DNA of 64,000 bases from Dictyostelium discoideum (GCA_000004695.1 CM000152.2:3904001-3968000); one strand, 5' to 3'; shown: positions 1-17,692, numbered from the stretch's first letter. Notes: a model not told the origin generated them from the sequence alone. Numbers and translations: made by a program.

Positions 1-16
1 AATAAATTATTAAATC

Positions 17-2218
<2,202 letters not shown>

Positions 2219-2233
2219 AACAACTTTTTTTTA

Positions 2234-2331
<98 letters not shown>

Positions 2332-2509
2332 GAATAAAATATATTACACAATAGTTTTATTTTTATAAAAGAATCTTTAAAGATTAAAAAAAAAAAAAAG
2401 ATAAATTGGAAATTGTTTCTGGTTTTTGTTTGTCTTTTTTTTAGTGATATAACTATTGTTTTTCTTTTTTTTTTTTTTTTTTTCTTTTTCTTTAACTATT
2501 TGATTTTTA

Positions 2510-2552
<43 letters not shown>

Positions 2553-4255
2553 TTTTTCTAAAAATAATGCAATTTTTTTTTTTTATTGTTTTAATTTATT
2601 AAATTTTATTTTAATTTAATTTTTTTTTTTTTTTTTTTTTTTTGTGGCTGGAGGTTGTTTTTTTTTAAAATAATAATCTTGACTTTTGCTATAAGTTTAT
2701 AAATAAATAAAAAAATGTTTTACTATAATAAAATAATTATTTTATGAATAAAAACAATGTGGAGAAAAAAAATTAAAAAAAATATTTATAAATAAAATTA
2801 TTACTTTTGGGTGGTGTGTTTTATTATTTTAAAAAAAATTCAAAAATTGAAAAAAAAAAAAAAAAAAAAAAAAAAATATTTATTTTGGCGACTCAAAGAT
2901 ATCAAAAACTTTTTTTTTTTTTTTTTTCAAATAATCTGCGAAAAATAAAAACTAATCAAAAAACCAGGATATTTTAAATAAACAAAAATAAAAAAAATAA
3001 TAAAAAAAAAAAAAAATAATACAAATAAATAAATATAATAAAAAATGTTTAAAAAATAAAAAATAAAAATAAAAAAATAAAAAATAAGATAAAAATATAA
3101 ATATTTATTGTTTTTATTTAATTTTTTTATTTTCCCAACCAATCGGTTTTTTTTTTTTTTTTTTTTTTTTTGATTTTCATTTTTTTTTTTTTTTTTTTTT
3201 TTTTTTGTTTTTTTCAAATAATATTTCCACATAAATGTCATTGTTTTAATTAATAATATATTTTTAAACTATGATTATTAATAACAAATCTTTTAATTTT
3301 AAAAAAAATTAACGTGGTACAATTAAAAATACCCCACCATGGTGGTTTTTTTGTAATTTATTAACACTGTAACTAATTAATTTTTGATTTATACTATTTA
3401 TGTTTATATTTGAATATAACGATGGTGATGATGATGATATAGTGGATACTTTAATAAAATTATCTATTTTTTATGTGATAGAAAGAAAATAAAAAAAAAA
3501 ATAAAAAATTATTAGTCAAAAAATATATATATAAATAAAAATTTTTAATTAAATAGAGTGGGTTAATTACCAAAGATGGCCATTTCTATTTTTTTTATTT
3601 GTTTTTATAATTGATTGAATTTTTATAGTTTAATTTTTTGTATTTTTTTGTTTTTTGTTTTTATAATTGATTGAATGTAAATTTATATTTTTATTTTTGT
3701 TTATCATTGATTTTTTTTTTTTTATTTTATTTTTTTTATTTTTTTTAATTTTTTTAATTAATTATTTTTATTTATTAATTTATTTATTTATATAGATAAT
3801 ATAATATAATATAATATAATATTAAAAAATAATATATTATAATAATATTATTTTTTTATATTTTATTTTTTTTTTGTTACAAATTTGTTGACATAATAAA
3901 AAAAAAAAAAATGTAAAAACAATTTTTCTAAACATTTTTTTTTTTTTTTTTTTTTTTTTTTGTTTAAAATAGAAACTTTTATAAAATAGATTTTCGCTAG
4001 GACCTTTATTTCACTTTAAAAATTCAAAACAAAAAAAAAAACATAAAAAAAAAATTAAATAATAATAACAATAATATTTAATTACAATTTTCAATCTTTA
4101 AAAACTAAAAATGGAATGACACCCATTATGGTTTTTTTTTTTTTTTTTTCCAATTAATAATAATGGACAAAATATATATAGTAGAAAATAAAATAAAATG
4201 TATATTAAAATATTCTCAATAATTATAATAAAAATAATAATAAAAATAAAAATAA

Positions 4256-4391
<136 letters not shown>

Positions 4392-5225
4392 GTATTTTAG
4401 ATTCTTTGAAATTACTTGTAATAGAACCAATTTATCATGCAAATATTTTTATAATAATTATTCATTGACTTGAAAATGAATGGTATGAAATGAATAGATT
4501 ATTTAATAAAATATTTAAAAAAGACTAGAACTTTATTCTCAAAAAGTTTGGTTGTTATCTTAAAAGAAAAAAAAAAAAAAAAAAAAAAAAATTGGTTTGG
4601 GTGTATATTTTATTTTTTTTTATTTTATTTATTTTTTATTTTTATTTTTATTTTTTTTATTTTCTTTTATCAAGAAACTTTATTAATAAAAAATAAATAA
4701 TGAAACATTTAACAAATTGGAACCATTAGTTTCTCATTTAATGGTGTAAAAAAAAAAAACATTGCACACCTTTTTATTAGTAATAAAAAATTTAAAAAAA
4801 TTTAAAAATCATATAAATTATTTATACAAATAATAAATAATAAAGATAAAAATGAATTTTATTTTAAATTTTTTTTTTTTTTTTTTTTTTTTTTCCTTCT
4901 TTTTTTTAATTTTTTTTTTTTTTTATCTACTTATAATAAATTTTGTTTCGTTTTTTAATTGAACTTTCAGACTTGATGTGTTATATTAATAAATAAACAA
5001 TTTTTTAATTTTGAAACTGTACAAGATAATGTAAAATAAAATCATCATTGGTATGTTTTTTTAAAAAATAAAAAAAAATAAAAATATAAAAAAAAAAAAT
5101 GATTAAAACAAAAGAGGAGTTTGTATTTTTAATTAACATTATTTATATTATTTTTTTTTTTTAGATTTCGGCTTTATTTTTAATTAAAATAAATCGGAAG
5201 TGTTTTTCTTTTTTTTGTTTATCCT

Positions 5226-5325
5226 NNNNNNNNNNNNNNNNNNNNNNNNNNNNNNNNNNNNNNNNNNNNNNNNNNNNNNNNNNNNNNNNNNNNNNNNNNN
5301 NNNNNNNNNNNNNNNNNNNNNNNNN
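5226..5325. other. assembly gap (100 N)
   Basis: Run of exactly 100 n characters. Confidence 0.99.
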
Positions 5326-5796
5326 TATTTATATATACACTTTTATCAATTTTGTATGATGATGATGGTGATGATGAAATAGATATTTTAATTAAATTAT
5401 CTGATTGTTTTTTTTTTAAAAAAAAAAATAAAAAAAATGGAATTTATTAGCCAAAATTTAATTTTTTTGGAAAAAATAAATTTAGTAAAAGAGGATTGTT
5501 AAATTTACCTAAAATAGACATTGTTTTATTTATTCTTTGTTTTTTATTAATTTAAATTGTTTTTTATTTTTTATTTTGTTTTTATGTTTATTTTTTTTTA
5601 TTTTTTTTTTTTTTGTTTTTTTAATTTATTAAATTTTTTATAAATATTTTTATTTTTTTTTTTTTTTTTTTTTTTTTTTATTATTTTTAAATCTTTAAGG
5701 TTATTTCAAGTTAATAAAATAAAAAAATTATAAAAAATAAAAAAATAATTTTGTGATTTTATGAAAATTAATTAAAAAAATATCATTTTTTTTTTT

Positions 5797-5833
<37 letters not shown>

Positions 5834-6148
5834 TGTTCAGAAAAAAAAACATAGGGTATTATTGCCCTTTTGAGTTATAATTTTTATTAATAAATTTTTT
5901 TTTTTTTTTTTTAATCACTTTTTTTTTTTTTTGATAGAACACACTAAAACAGTTTGATTTTCCATATAAATAAAACTGTGTGGTTGTTGTTGTCAACAGA
6001 AAAATTATATCAATTTAAAAATATTTGTGTTTTTTATTTGGTGTTTAAAGATATTTCTATTTAACGTCTATCAAAAAAAAAAAAAAAAAAAAAAATAAAA
6101 TAAAATAAAATAAAATAAAATAAAATAAAAATAAAAATAAAACAAAAG

Positions 6149-6195
<47 letters not shown>

Positions 6196-6558
6196 AACAA
6201 AAGTAAGAAACTCATAAAAAGGATGATTTATAAATCAGCACTCAGATTATGTCACATGTATTCATCACCACCCAAATTCTCGTTTTTAACCAACAATTAA
6301 TAATTAAAACAAATACTACATTCCGTATTTAGTAATGTGATAAAAGTGTGTTTCAAAAAATCATCACTAACGAACACACAAAAAAAAAAAAAAAAAAAAA
6401 AAATGAAATAATTAAAAAATAAATAAAAACAAATAATAATAATTAAAATAATAAATACTTAAATTAAATAATATTAAATAATTAAAAAATTAAATTAAAC
6501 AGTTTTTTTTTTTTTTTTTTTGTTTGTTGGAGTTTGAAAAAAACAAGTAATATTTATT

Positions 6559-6589
<31 letters not shown>

Positions 6590-7178
6590 CTATTATTTTG
6601 AAAAATTGTTATTAATAATAATTATGATTTAAAAGGAACTAATATTTTTTTTTATATGAAATGTTTTTTTTTTTTATTATTATTATCATTATTTGTTCAT
6701 CAAAATGATTAAACCATCAATGCAAAGTAGCATTGAATTAGATTTATATTTGATATCTTATAATAAATCCATGAAAATAATTAGTAAAGATAATCTTATA
6801 TTAATTAATTTTGTTTTTATATATATATATTATTTTTTGATAAGTGATTTTGATTTCCTTTTTTAAAATAATAAAAATAGTAATATTATTAATAATAATA
6901 ATAATAAAAATAATAATAATAAGAATTAAAACAATGTTGTTAAATAATATAAGTCATAAATTTTAATTTTTTTTTTTTTTTAAAAAAAAAAAAAACAAAA
7001 CAAAAAGATAAATAATTTTATTTTTTGATTTTTTATGTTTATTTTATTTTTTGATTTTATTTTTTGTGTTTATTTTATTTACCAAAATTTAAAAAAATAA
7101 AAATAATAATATTAATTAATTCTTATTTTTTTAATTAAATTTAATCAAAATCTAATTTTAGATGAAGCGCTCAATTGA

Positions 7179-7231
<53 letters not shown>

Positions 7232-8109
7232 TCAATTTTGCTTCACAAATTAAAAAAATAAAATCTTTGATTATTGGTTGTGAATTTCAATTAGTAAGGC
7301 AAAATCAAAATTAATCATTAAGTGAAAATACCAATAATATCTCGAAAAAAAAAAAAAAAGACCACACAATAGTGTGTGAAAATTAAATATATAAATTATT
7401 TTATTAAAAGAAAAATATGCATATAGGGTGAATTTATTGTTATATATTTTTTTATTAATTAGAATACTAGCACATATTAGTGCATGGATAAAAATCATTT
7501 CTAACAAAAAAAAAAAAAAATAATAAAAAAAAATAAAATAAAATTGTTATTTTTGCTTATGTTGTTGTTGTTGTGTTTTTGTTGTTGGTTATACCAATTA
7601 TTGATTTTATTTTAATTTTTTTTTTTTTTTTTTTTTTATTTTTTTTTTAGTATGGGGTTATATATATAAAGTGTGGTTTCTTTTTGATTTTAAAGCGAGA
7701 TAACGTTCTTATCGAGTTGTTCTATTTTTAAAAAAAAAAAAAAAATTAAAAAAATTTAATAGTTAAAAATAAAAATATAAATTGGAAAAATAAAAGAAAA
7801 AATGATGAGCCCCTAAAAAATCTCTATTGAATTTACAGAATTCAATCATTGATTTTATTTTTGGTTTATTTTTAAATATTACATAAAAAAAAAAAAAAAA
7901 AAAAATATATAAAAATATAAAAATAAAAAAATAAAAATAGGTTGTAAATTAATTGATTTGATTGTTAATACCACTCATAGTATTTTTATTATTTTTATTA
8001 TTTTTATTTTTTTTATTTTACAATTTTACTTTACTTTTTTTTTTTTAAAATTTTATTTTTTCCTTCTCATATTTCTGTGAGGAAATAGACCAATTAATTA
8101 TTTGAATTT

Positions 8110-8146
<37 letters not shown>

Positions 8147-8206
8147 GGAATTGAATTTTGGTGGTGTGTGGGATATGTTTAAATAATCACAGATCTGGCC
8201 AATTTT

Positions 8207-8248
<42 letters not shown>

Positions 8249-8529
8249 CTTTCCAACTTTTTTTTTTTTTTTTTTTTTATTTTTTTTTTATTTTATTTTA
8301 TTTTTATTTTTATTTTTTTTTTTTTTATCGTCACGCAACTGATTCATTCATTTTTGTATATATTTTCCTGTTTTAATATTGATTTATTTATTTGTTCATT
8401 TATTTCGCCATATATTTATTTATTTATTATTTATTTATTTATTTATTTAAAAGATAACATCTTATTTGTATATATTAAAAAAAAAAAAAAAAAAAAAATT
8501 AATTAAAAAAAAAAAATAATAATAATAAT

Positions 8530-8564
<35 letters not shown>

Positions 8565-8676
8565 AAAGAAAAATATAAAAATAATAATAATAAATTTATT
8601 TGTACATATATAAAAAAAAAAAAAAAAATATCAACAAAAAAAAAAAAAAAAAAAAAAAAAAAACTACAATAATAAT

Positions 8677-10050
8677 ATGGCAGATAAACAAGGATTTTTA
8701 ATTAAAGAAGGTGGATCAATTAAAACATGGAAAAAGAGATGGTGTGTTTTAAAAAATAATTCAATTTTCTATTCAAAGAATGCAAGTAGTGGTGAATTAG
8801 GAATTATTCATTTAAAGGGAGTAAGTTCAATTAGTATTAGCTCAAGAAAGAAAAAGAATTGTTTTGAAATAGCAACACCTGAAAGAACCTATTTTATGAA
8901 GGCACCATCAACTGAAGAGATGAAAGAATGGATAGAGATTATAACTCAACAATTAAATAAACTTAAAGAATCTACAACAAGATCCAATAGTATGGGACAA
9001 AGTGATAACAATTTAAGACTATCTTCTAGTGGTGGTGGTGGATCAACACAACAACGTATATCAGTTGAAGATTTTGATTTATTAAAAGTTATTGGTAAAG
9101 GTAGTTTTGGTAAAGTTATGCAAGTTAGAAAGAAAGATAATGATAGAATTTATGCAATGAAGGTGTTGAATAAGAATAACATTATAGAGAGAAAAGAGGT
9201 TGATCATACGAGATCAGAGAAAAATATCCTACAAAAGTTGGTTCATCCATTCTTGGTGAACTTAAATTACAGTTTCCAAACCAACGATAAACTCTACTTT
9301 ATAATGGATTATATAAATGGTGGTGAGCTATTCTTTCACCTGCAAAACGAAGAGAAATTCGATGAAATTCGTGTGAAATTTTATTGTGCAGAAATAGTTT
9401 GTGGACTGGAGTATCTCCATAATTGCGGCATTATATATCGTGACCTCAAGCCAGAGAACATTCTACTAACAAGCGATGGACATATAGTATTGACCGATTT
9501 TGGTATAAGCAAGGAGGGTCTGGTGTCCGATAACGACCGTACGGCAACATTTTGTGGCACACCCGAGTATTTAGCTCCAGAGGTGCTCTTGGGCAAGGGC
9601 TATGGTAAGGCTGTGGATTGGTGGAGTTTTGGAACGTTGGTGTATGAGATGTTGTCTGGTTTACCACCATTCTACTCTCAAGACGTTAGGGAGATGTATC
9701 AAAAAATCATGAATGAAGATTTGAAATTCACACCACAATTCTCACCAGATGCAAGAGATTTCATAACTTAACTATTGGAAAGAGATCCAAATAAACGTTT
9801 AAGAGATATAAAAGTTGTTAAATCACATCCATTCTTCAAAGGTATCGATTGGGATAAATGCGTAAAAAAAGAATTAACTCCACCTTTCATCCCACCTGTA
9901 ACTGGTGGTAAAAATGATACAAGTCAAATCGATTCTGGTTTCTTAATTGAAACTGCAAAATTATCATTAGATCCAACAACACTAAGTAGTTCAATGCAAA
10001 AGAACTTCGAAGGTTTTACATTTGTAAATGTAAATGAACATTTAAATTAA
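8677..10050 (+). CDS. PKB/Akt-like AGC protein kinase with N-terminal PH domain; frame interrupted by a single in-frame TAA at 9769-9771 (possible pseudogene, strain allele or sequencing error)
   Basis: PH-domain-like N-terminus (GFLIKEGGSIKTWKKRWCVLK). Kinase motifs GKGSFGKV, YRDLKPEN, DFG, and activation loop TATFCGTPEYLAPE. ORF 8677-9771 and ORF 9775-10050 are in the same frame, separated only by TAA; there are no splice signals. The downstream ORF carries LLERDPNKRL and the hydrophobic motif FEGFTFVN. Confidence 0.75.
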
Positions 10051-10148
10051 TAAATAATAATAAATAATAAATAATAAAAAAATAAAAAAAATAAAAAAAA
10101 TAATTTTGTATTATAATAATTAAATTATTTGTTTATTTATTTTTATTT

Positions 10149-11176
10149 TTAATTTAAATTAACTTTAATTAATGATTCTAAACAAGCTCTACCACCTTCA
10201 ATTTCTAATTTAACTTTTGTATTATTATCTAAGAAAGCTTGAGTGACACGATTTGCTAAAATGATTGTAGAAGAAGCAGCTTTAATTGGTTGTTTTGAAC
10301 GTGTTGCTAAATGATATAATTGGAAAGTTTCCATTTCCAAGGTGTTTACTTTATTCTCATATAGATCAATGATATTTTCAATTAATTGTTCATTGAAATC
10401 ATCAAATTCTGGGTCGATTCTACCTTGACTACTATAGAATGAATCGGCTGATGCATTAATACCAACGACTGTTTTTCTATCTTTGAAAATTGATTCAAAG
10501 TCATTCTTTAATAAATCGATCAACTCTTTATCACCTGCAACTGGTTTTGAAATGTCATATGGTTTGCATTTAGTTTGATCTTTATTATTATCAGAGTGCC
10601 AGAAATCTGGATTTCTACGAATTAAAATCGATGATTCTGCAATTGCCAATGAACCAACTTCAACATCTTTAATAGAGCCACATGTACCATATCTAATGAT
10701 TGCCATTGGTCCATCTACAACAAATCTACCCTCTCTAACTAAAAAGTCCATCATTGGTGTACCCATACCAATTGATACAATTGATACTCTAACTCCCTTA
10801 TATTTACCAGTATGAATTACAAATCCTCTATGTGCTTTTTCTTCTTCAACTTCTTCTAATAATTCTTTTGTAAGTCTTGATGCACGTTCTGAATCTCCAA
10901 CTGTTAAAATTCTTTGTGATACTTTTTTTTAAAAAAAAAATAACAAATAAAAAATAAATAATTATTAATTAATTAATTAATTAATTAATAAATAAAAAAA
11001 TAAAAAAAAAATTTTAAAATAATAATAATAATGATTGTGAGAGAGAGAAAAAAAATAAAAAAAAATAAAAAAAACTTACATTCCCCTTTTGCAACACCTA
11101 AATGATATACAGCATTTCTTTCATCAACTGGGAAATTTGCATTTTTAGCATCGCCTAATTTTTTTACTTCTGTCAT
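10149..11176 (-). CDS. uridine phosphorylase / PNP-UDP family nucleoside phosphorylase, 2 exons: complement(join(10149..10921,11080..11176))
   Basis: Exon 1 is MTEVKKLGDAKNANFPVDERNAVYHLGVAKGE, followed by a GTAAGT donor at 11079. Acceptor is A-run+AG at 10922-23. Exon 2 continues LSQRILTVGDSERASRL...GMGTPMMDFLVRE, typical of the PNP_UDP_1 fold. Frame bookkeeping is consistent (97 nt + 773 nt). Confidence 0.75.
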
Positions 11177-12235
11177 TTTAATTTTAGTTTTATAAATGTA
11201 ATGTTATTTTATATGTATATTACAATATTAGTATTTTTTTTTTTTTTTTGAAAAAGTGATTTTTTTTTTAAAAAATTTTTTTTTTTTAAAATGCATTTTG
11301 CAGAAAAAAATTAAATTAAATTGAATTAAATTGAAAAAAAAAAAATCAAAAAAAAATCAAAAAAAAAAAATCTTTATTTATTCTTCAAATTTAATTGAAA
11401 AAAAAAAAAAAGAATGGAACCTCTTGGAAGCTGAAATTATTTATTTGGAATTATTCAATTCTAATCACTTTGTTTTAAAATATTTTAAATAGCAAAAATA
11501 ATATATAAATAAATATATATATATATATAAAATAAAATAAAATATTTATTAATATACATAATATATTATATATATATATTTTATTTTATATATTTTTTTT
11601 TATATATATATTAATAAATATATTTTTTTTTTGAAAAAATTCTTTTTTTAGTTTTTTATTTTCAAAACACAAAATTTGAACTTAATTTTTGATATTGAAA
11701 CTAAAAAAGGAAAAAAATAAAATAAAATAAAAAAACTTTGAACCAAAAAAAAGACGCGTCCAGAATAAAAAACAAATTCCAAAAAAAAAAAATAAAAAAA
11801 AATAAAAAATAATTTAAATCAGTTTAGATTATTCTTTTGGATAAAAAAAATTTGAAATCCCCTTATCGAATTTTTTTTAAATTTAGAAAGAACGAAATTT
11901 CCTTTTTTTTTTTTTTTTTTTGCCTGGGAAATATAATCGAATCTATTTTTAAATTTTTTTTTAAAATTAAGAAAATAAAATTGTTAATTTAAAAAAAACA
12001 TAATTATGGGAAAAGATATATTTTTGGTGATTATTTATTATTTATTTTAAAAAAAGTTTAATTAAACATAATTAGATTTTAAAAAAAAAAAAAAAATAAA
12101 ATGAAAATTTTATTTTTTTTTTATTTTTTTATTTTTTTTTTTTTTTTATTGGAATTTTATTTTTTTTTTCTATTTTTTTATTTTTTTTCTACTTTTTTTT
12201 TTTTTTTTGTTAAAATACCAATAAAAAAAAAAAGA

Positions 12236-12351
12236 ATGGAAGAAACTAATACAAGATGTTCTATTTGTTTGTCAGATATTGAGAATCAAACAAAAAATAA
12301 TCAATGTAATCATATATATTGGTAGGTTTCATTTAGTTTTTTTTTAATAAA

Positions 12352-12383
<32 letters not shown>

Positions 12384-13144
12384 ATTAATATTATTAAATA
12401 TTAAATATATAATATAATATTTTATTTTTTTATATAGTTTTGATTGTATATTTAATTGGGTAAAAAGTAATGATTCTTGCCCATTATGTAAAGTAAAGAT
12501 TAAAGAATTAATAAATAATGATAATGAAATTATTAAAGTTGAAGAACCAAAGAAACCAGCACCAGAGAATGTTGAAGCTGATATTAGTTGTTTAGATAAC
12601 AAATTCTTTTTAGAAGAAGTTGAAAAGTTATTATCAATTTCACATAGTATAGTATTACAAATGGAAGGATTAATGACATCACATAAAAAAGTGTACGTTA
12701 CACCAACAATGACAACTGAAGATACCAACAGATTGAATCAAATCACTGATAGATTATATATACTTCAAAAGGATTTAGAAAATTATGAAAATGCATTCGA
12801 CCCTGAAGATTTATTATCAACATTATACATTTACGAAACCACTTTAACAGATCTTAAAAATATTTATTTATCAGAATTTTTAAATAATAATAATTTAAAT
12901 GGTAATAATTATAGTAATAGAAATAGAAATAAATATAAACAAAATCATACTACTAGTGGAGATATAAGAGGTGGTTATACTAATTACAATGATGATGACT
13001 ATGAATCTGATGAATATGAAGATGAAGATTATTATGAAATTCAAGATCAAATTTATAATAAATCTAATAATAATAGTGGTGGTGGTAATGGTAATGTTAG
13101 TAGAAATTCAAAATTAAATAATAGTAATAATAATAATTTAAATT

Positions 13145-13181
<37 letters not shown>

Positions 13182-13206
13182 TAAACCGACACCAAGTAAA
13201 AGATAA
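12236..13206 (+). CDS. RING-HC (C3HC4) zinc-finger protein, 2 exons: join(12236..12321,12438..13206)
   Basis: Exon 1 is MEETNTRCSICLSDIENQTKNNQCNHIY, followed by a GTAGGT donor at 12322; the acceptor is tatatAG at 12436-37. The splice reconstitutes CNHIYCFDCIFNWVKSNDSCPLC, which is C-x-H-x2-C-x2-C...C-x2-C. The C-terminal half is acidic/Asn-rich. Confidence 0.7.
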
Positions 13207-13231
13207 TAATTATTATAATAAAAATATGTAT

Positions 13232-13266
<35 letters not shown>

Positions 13267-13294
13267 TACAAATTTATTATTGTTATTATTAAAT

Positions 13295-13999
13295 TTATTT
13301 TTTTTGTTTTTTAAAAGGTGATTCATCATTTGTTGATGATAAAGTTTGTTGTGATAAAGGTTTTGAATAATCTGGAATCATTTGAATTTTTAAATCTTCA
13401 TCAGTTTCCCAACCGATATCTTCTTGTAAATCTTTTTTCTTTTTATTTGATCTTTCAAGTACTTGATCAAGGATATCTCTAAATAGAGCTTTACGTTTTA
13501 CCCATTCACTTCTTGCTTTTTTTATAGTATCATCAAGACGTTGTTTATCTTTATCGGACATTATCTCTTTGGTTTGGAATGTCAATAATTTCGATTCCAA
13601 TTCTTTATTCTCTGTTGATAATTGATTAACCTCCTTTTGAATTTGTTCATCTGATAATTGATTATTTAGTTGTTTACTTTGTGAAATTAATGATTTTAAT
13701 GTATCTTGTTCAACCTCCAATTGCCTGTTTATACCGTCCAATTTTCTATTTAAATCGTGAATTGATTCTTGTGGTATTTCATAACCTTGTTCATCTAATT
13801 TTGGACCTGTATCTTGTATTCTCCAATATATAATAGCTTTATTATATTCTTTAAATGTTAATTTACCTTGTTCTCCTAAAGATTTTAATGTTTTTACAAT
13901 TTGTGTTTTACCCATACTTGGGAATGCTGCTTCTATCATTTGATAATTATATGGTCTATTTGCTTTATTTATTAAATTTAATATATTTTCTTCAACTAA

Positions 14000-14030
<31 letters not shown>

Positions 14031-14133
14031 ACAAATATAAAAAAAGTATTAACATATGTATTTTTTTTTTTTTTTTTTCAAAAAAATTATTTTTTTATAT
14101 ACCTTCATCTTTTTTTGTTATCTTTTTTGACAT
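13295..14133 (-). CDS. hop2: Hop2/TBPIP (PSMC3IP) meiotic homologous-pairing protein homologue, 2 exons: complement(join(13295..13995,14103..14133))
   Basis: 31-nt first exon MSKKITKKDE+G with a GTATAT donor, then a ~107-nt intron and an acceptor AG at 13997-96. Exon 2 is VEENILNLINKANRPYNYQMIEAAFPSMGKTQIVKTLKSLGEQGKLTFKEYNKAIIYW, a winged-helix N-domain. Coiled coil follows, then C-terminal EDIGWETDEDLKIQMIPD, which matches the Hop2 C-motif EEVGIETDED. Confidence 0.7.
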
Positions 14134-14546
14134 TCTTTTTTTTTTTTGTAAATATAATTATTAGTTCTTGCTTTACTAGTTTTGAAATTAAAATGAAAAT
14201 TTTTTATTTTTTTTTATTTTCACTTTTTTTTTTTTTTCAAAAAAAAAAAAAAAAATTCATACACTAAAAACTCTAAATTCTTAGAAAAAAAAAAAAAAAA
14301 AAAAAAAATCAAAAAAAGTAATAAAAATAAAATAAAATTATTTACCAAGAATCTAATTAATTTATACAATGAAAAAAAATATATATTATGATTATTTAGG
14401 GATCACAATATCTTAAATTTATTTATTTATATATATATTTTTTTTTTTTTATATTAAAAAAAGTATTAAAACAGGAAAGATTTGGATTTAGATTTAGGAT
14501 TATATTTGTATTTGTATTTGTGTTTGTATTTTTCTTATTCTTCTTT

Positions 14547-16423
<1,877 letters not shown>

Positions 16424-17050
16424 TTTTTTTATTGTTATTATTATTATTATATTATTATATAATTTACTATAGTGGTATGCGTATGTTAAAAACGATTTTT
16501 TAAAAATAAAAAAAATAAAAAAAAAAAAGATGGTGACGTTGGTAGGGTTTTTTTTTTTTTTATGATTTTTTGATTTTTGAATCAATAAGATTTTTTTTTT
16601 TTTTTTTTTTTTTTCTGTGATTTTTATTGGTGTATTTTGTTTGTAAAAATATATAAGAAGAATATCAATTGATGATAATAATAATAATAAATAAATAAAA
16701 ATTAAGATTAAATACAAAATAATTAATGAAAATTTATTATGAAAAAAAAAATAATAATAATTATTACGTGAAATATTTTTTTTAAAAAAATAAATAAATT
16801 AAAAATTAAAAAAATAAAAAATAAAAAACAATCAATGTGAGTATTTGTGTGTATGAATAAATAATAGGTGTGGTGGTAGATGGGAGGTAGATGGGAGGTA
16901 GATGGTGGGTGGGTGGTGAATATTTGTGATTGAAAGCAAAAAAAAAAACAAAATATACACAAAACACACACAAAAACACAATTTTTAATTAAATAGAATG
17001 TAAATTGGATGGTGCTATATTGATATTTATTTACAGATAAATATATAGAA

Positions 17051-17140
17051 AAAATAAAAATAAAAATAAAAATAAAAATAAAAATAAAAATAAAAATAAA
17101 AATAAAAATAAAAATAAAAATAAAAATAAAAATAAATAAA
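17051..17140. repeat. (AAAAAT)n hexanucleotide repeat, intergenic
   Basis: ~15 tandem units. Confidence 0.9.
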
Positions 17141-17186
17141 AATAATTAATAAAAAAATAAAACTTTGTTTTTAATAGATATAGAAA

Positions 17187-17235
<49 letters not shown>

Positions 17236-17413
17236 CAAACGATGATTTTTTTGATTTTTTTTTTTTTTTTTTGATTTTTGTTTTTTTTTTTTTTTTTTTT
17301 GACGGGTCCGCATATTCATTTAAAAAGAATATTTTTAACACCCACCATCATATGATTTTAGTTAAAATTGAAAAAAAAAAAAAAAAAATAAAAAAATAAT
17401 AATCAAATAATTG

Positions 17414-17445
<32 letters not shown>

Positions 17446-17692
17446 ATTAATAAACAAAAAAAATCATTGTTTTATTTAAATTTTAATTTGAAAAGCCTTT
17501 TTTGTCCCAACCTATTAATCAAATTTTTTTTTTATTTTTTTTTTTTTTGTGTGAATTTGTTTTTTAATTTGAAATTTTTTGTGTGAATTTTTTTTTTTTT
17601 TTTTTGTGTGAATTTTTTTTTTTTTTTTTTAGTTATTTTTTTTTCAAAATTAAACAGTTTTTTTTTTATATAAAATAAAAAGAAGCTACAAT

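Noticed and set aside
9381-9670. Two minus-strand ORFs inside the kinase CDS
   Set aside because: They are embedded antisense to conserved kinase subdomains, which is a chance open frame in the GC-richer coding sequence.
11511-11620. AT-only inverted repeat / (TA)n palindrome between the divergent phosphorylase and RING genes
   Set aside because: The composition-driven palindromicity of (TA)n and (AAAT)n is expected by chance at this AT content.
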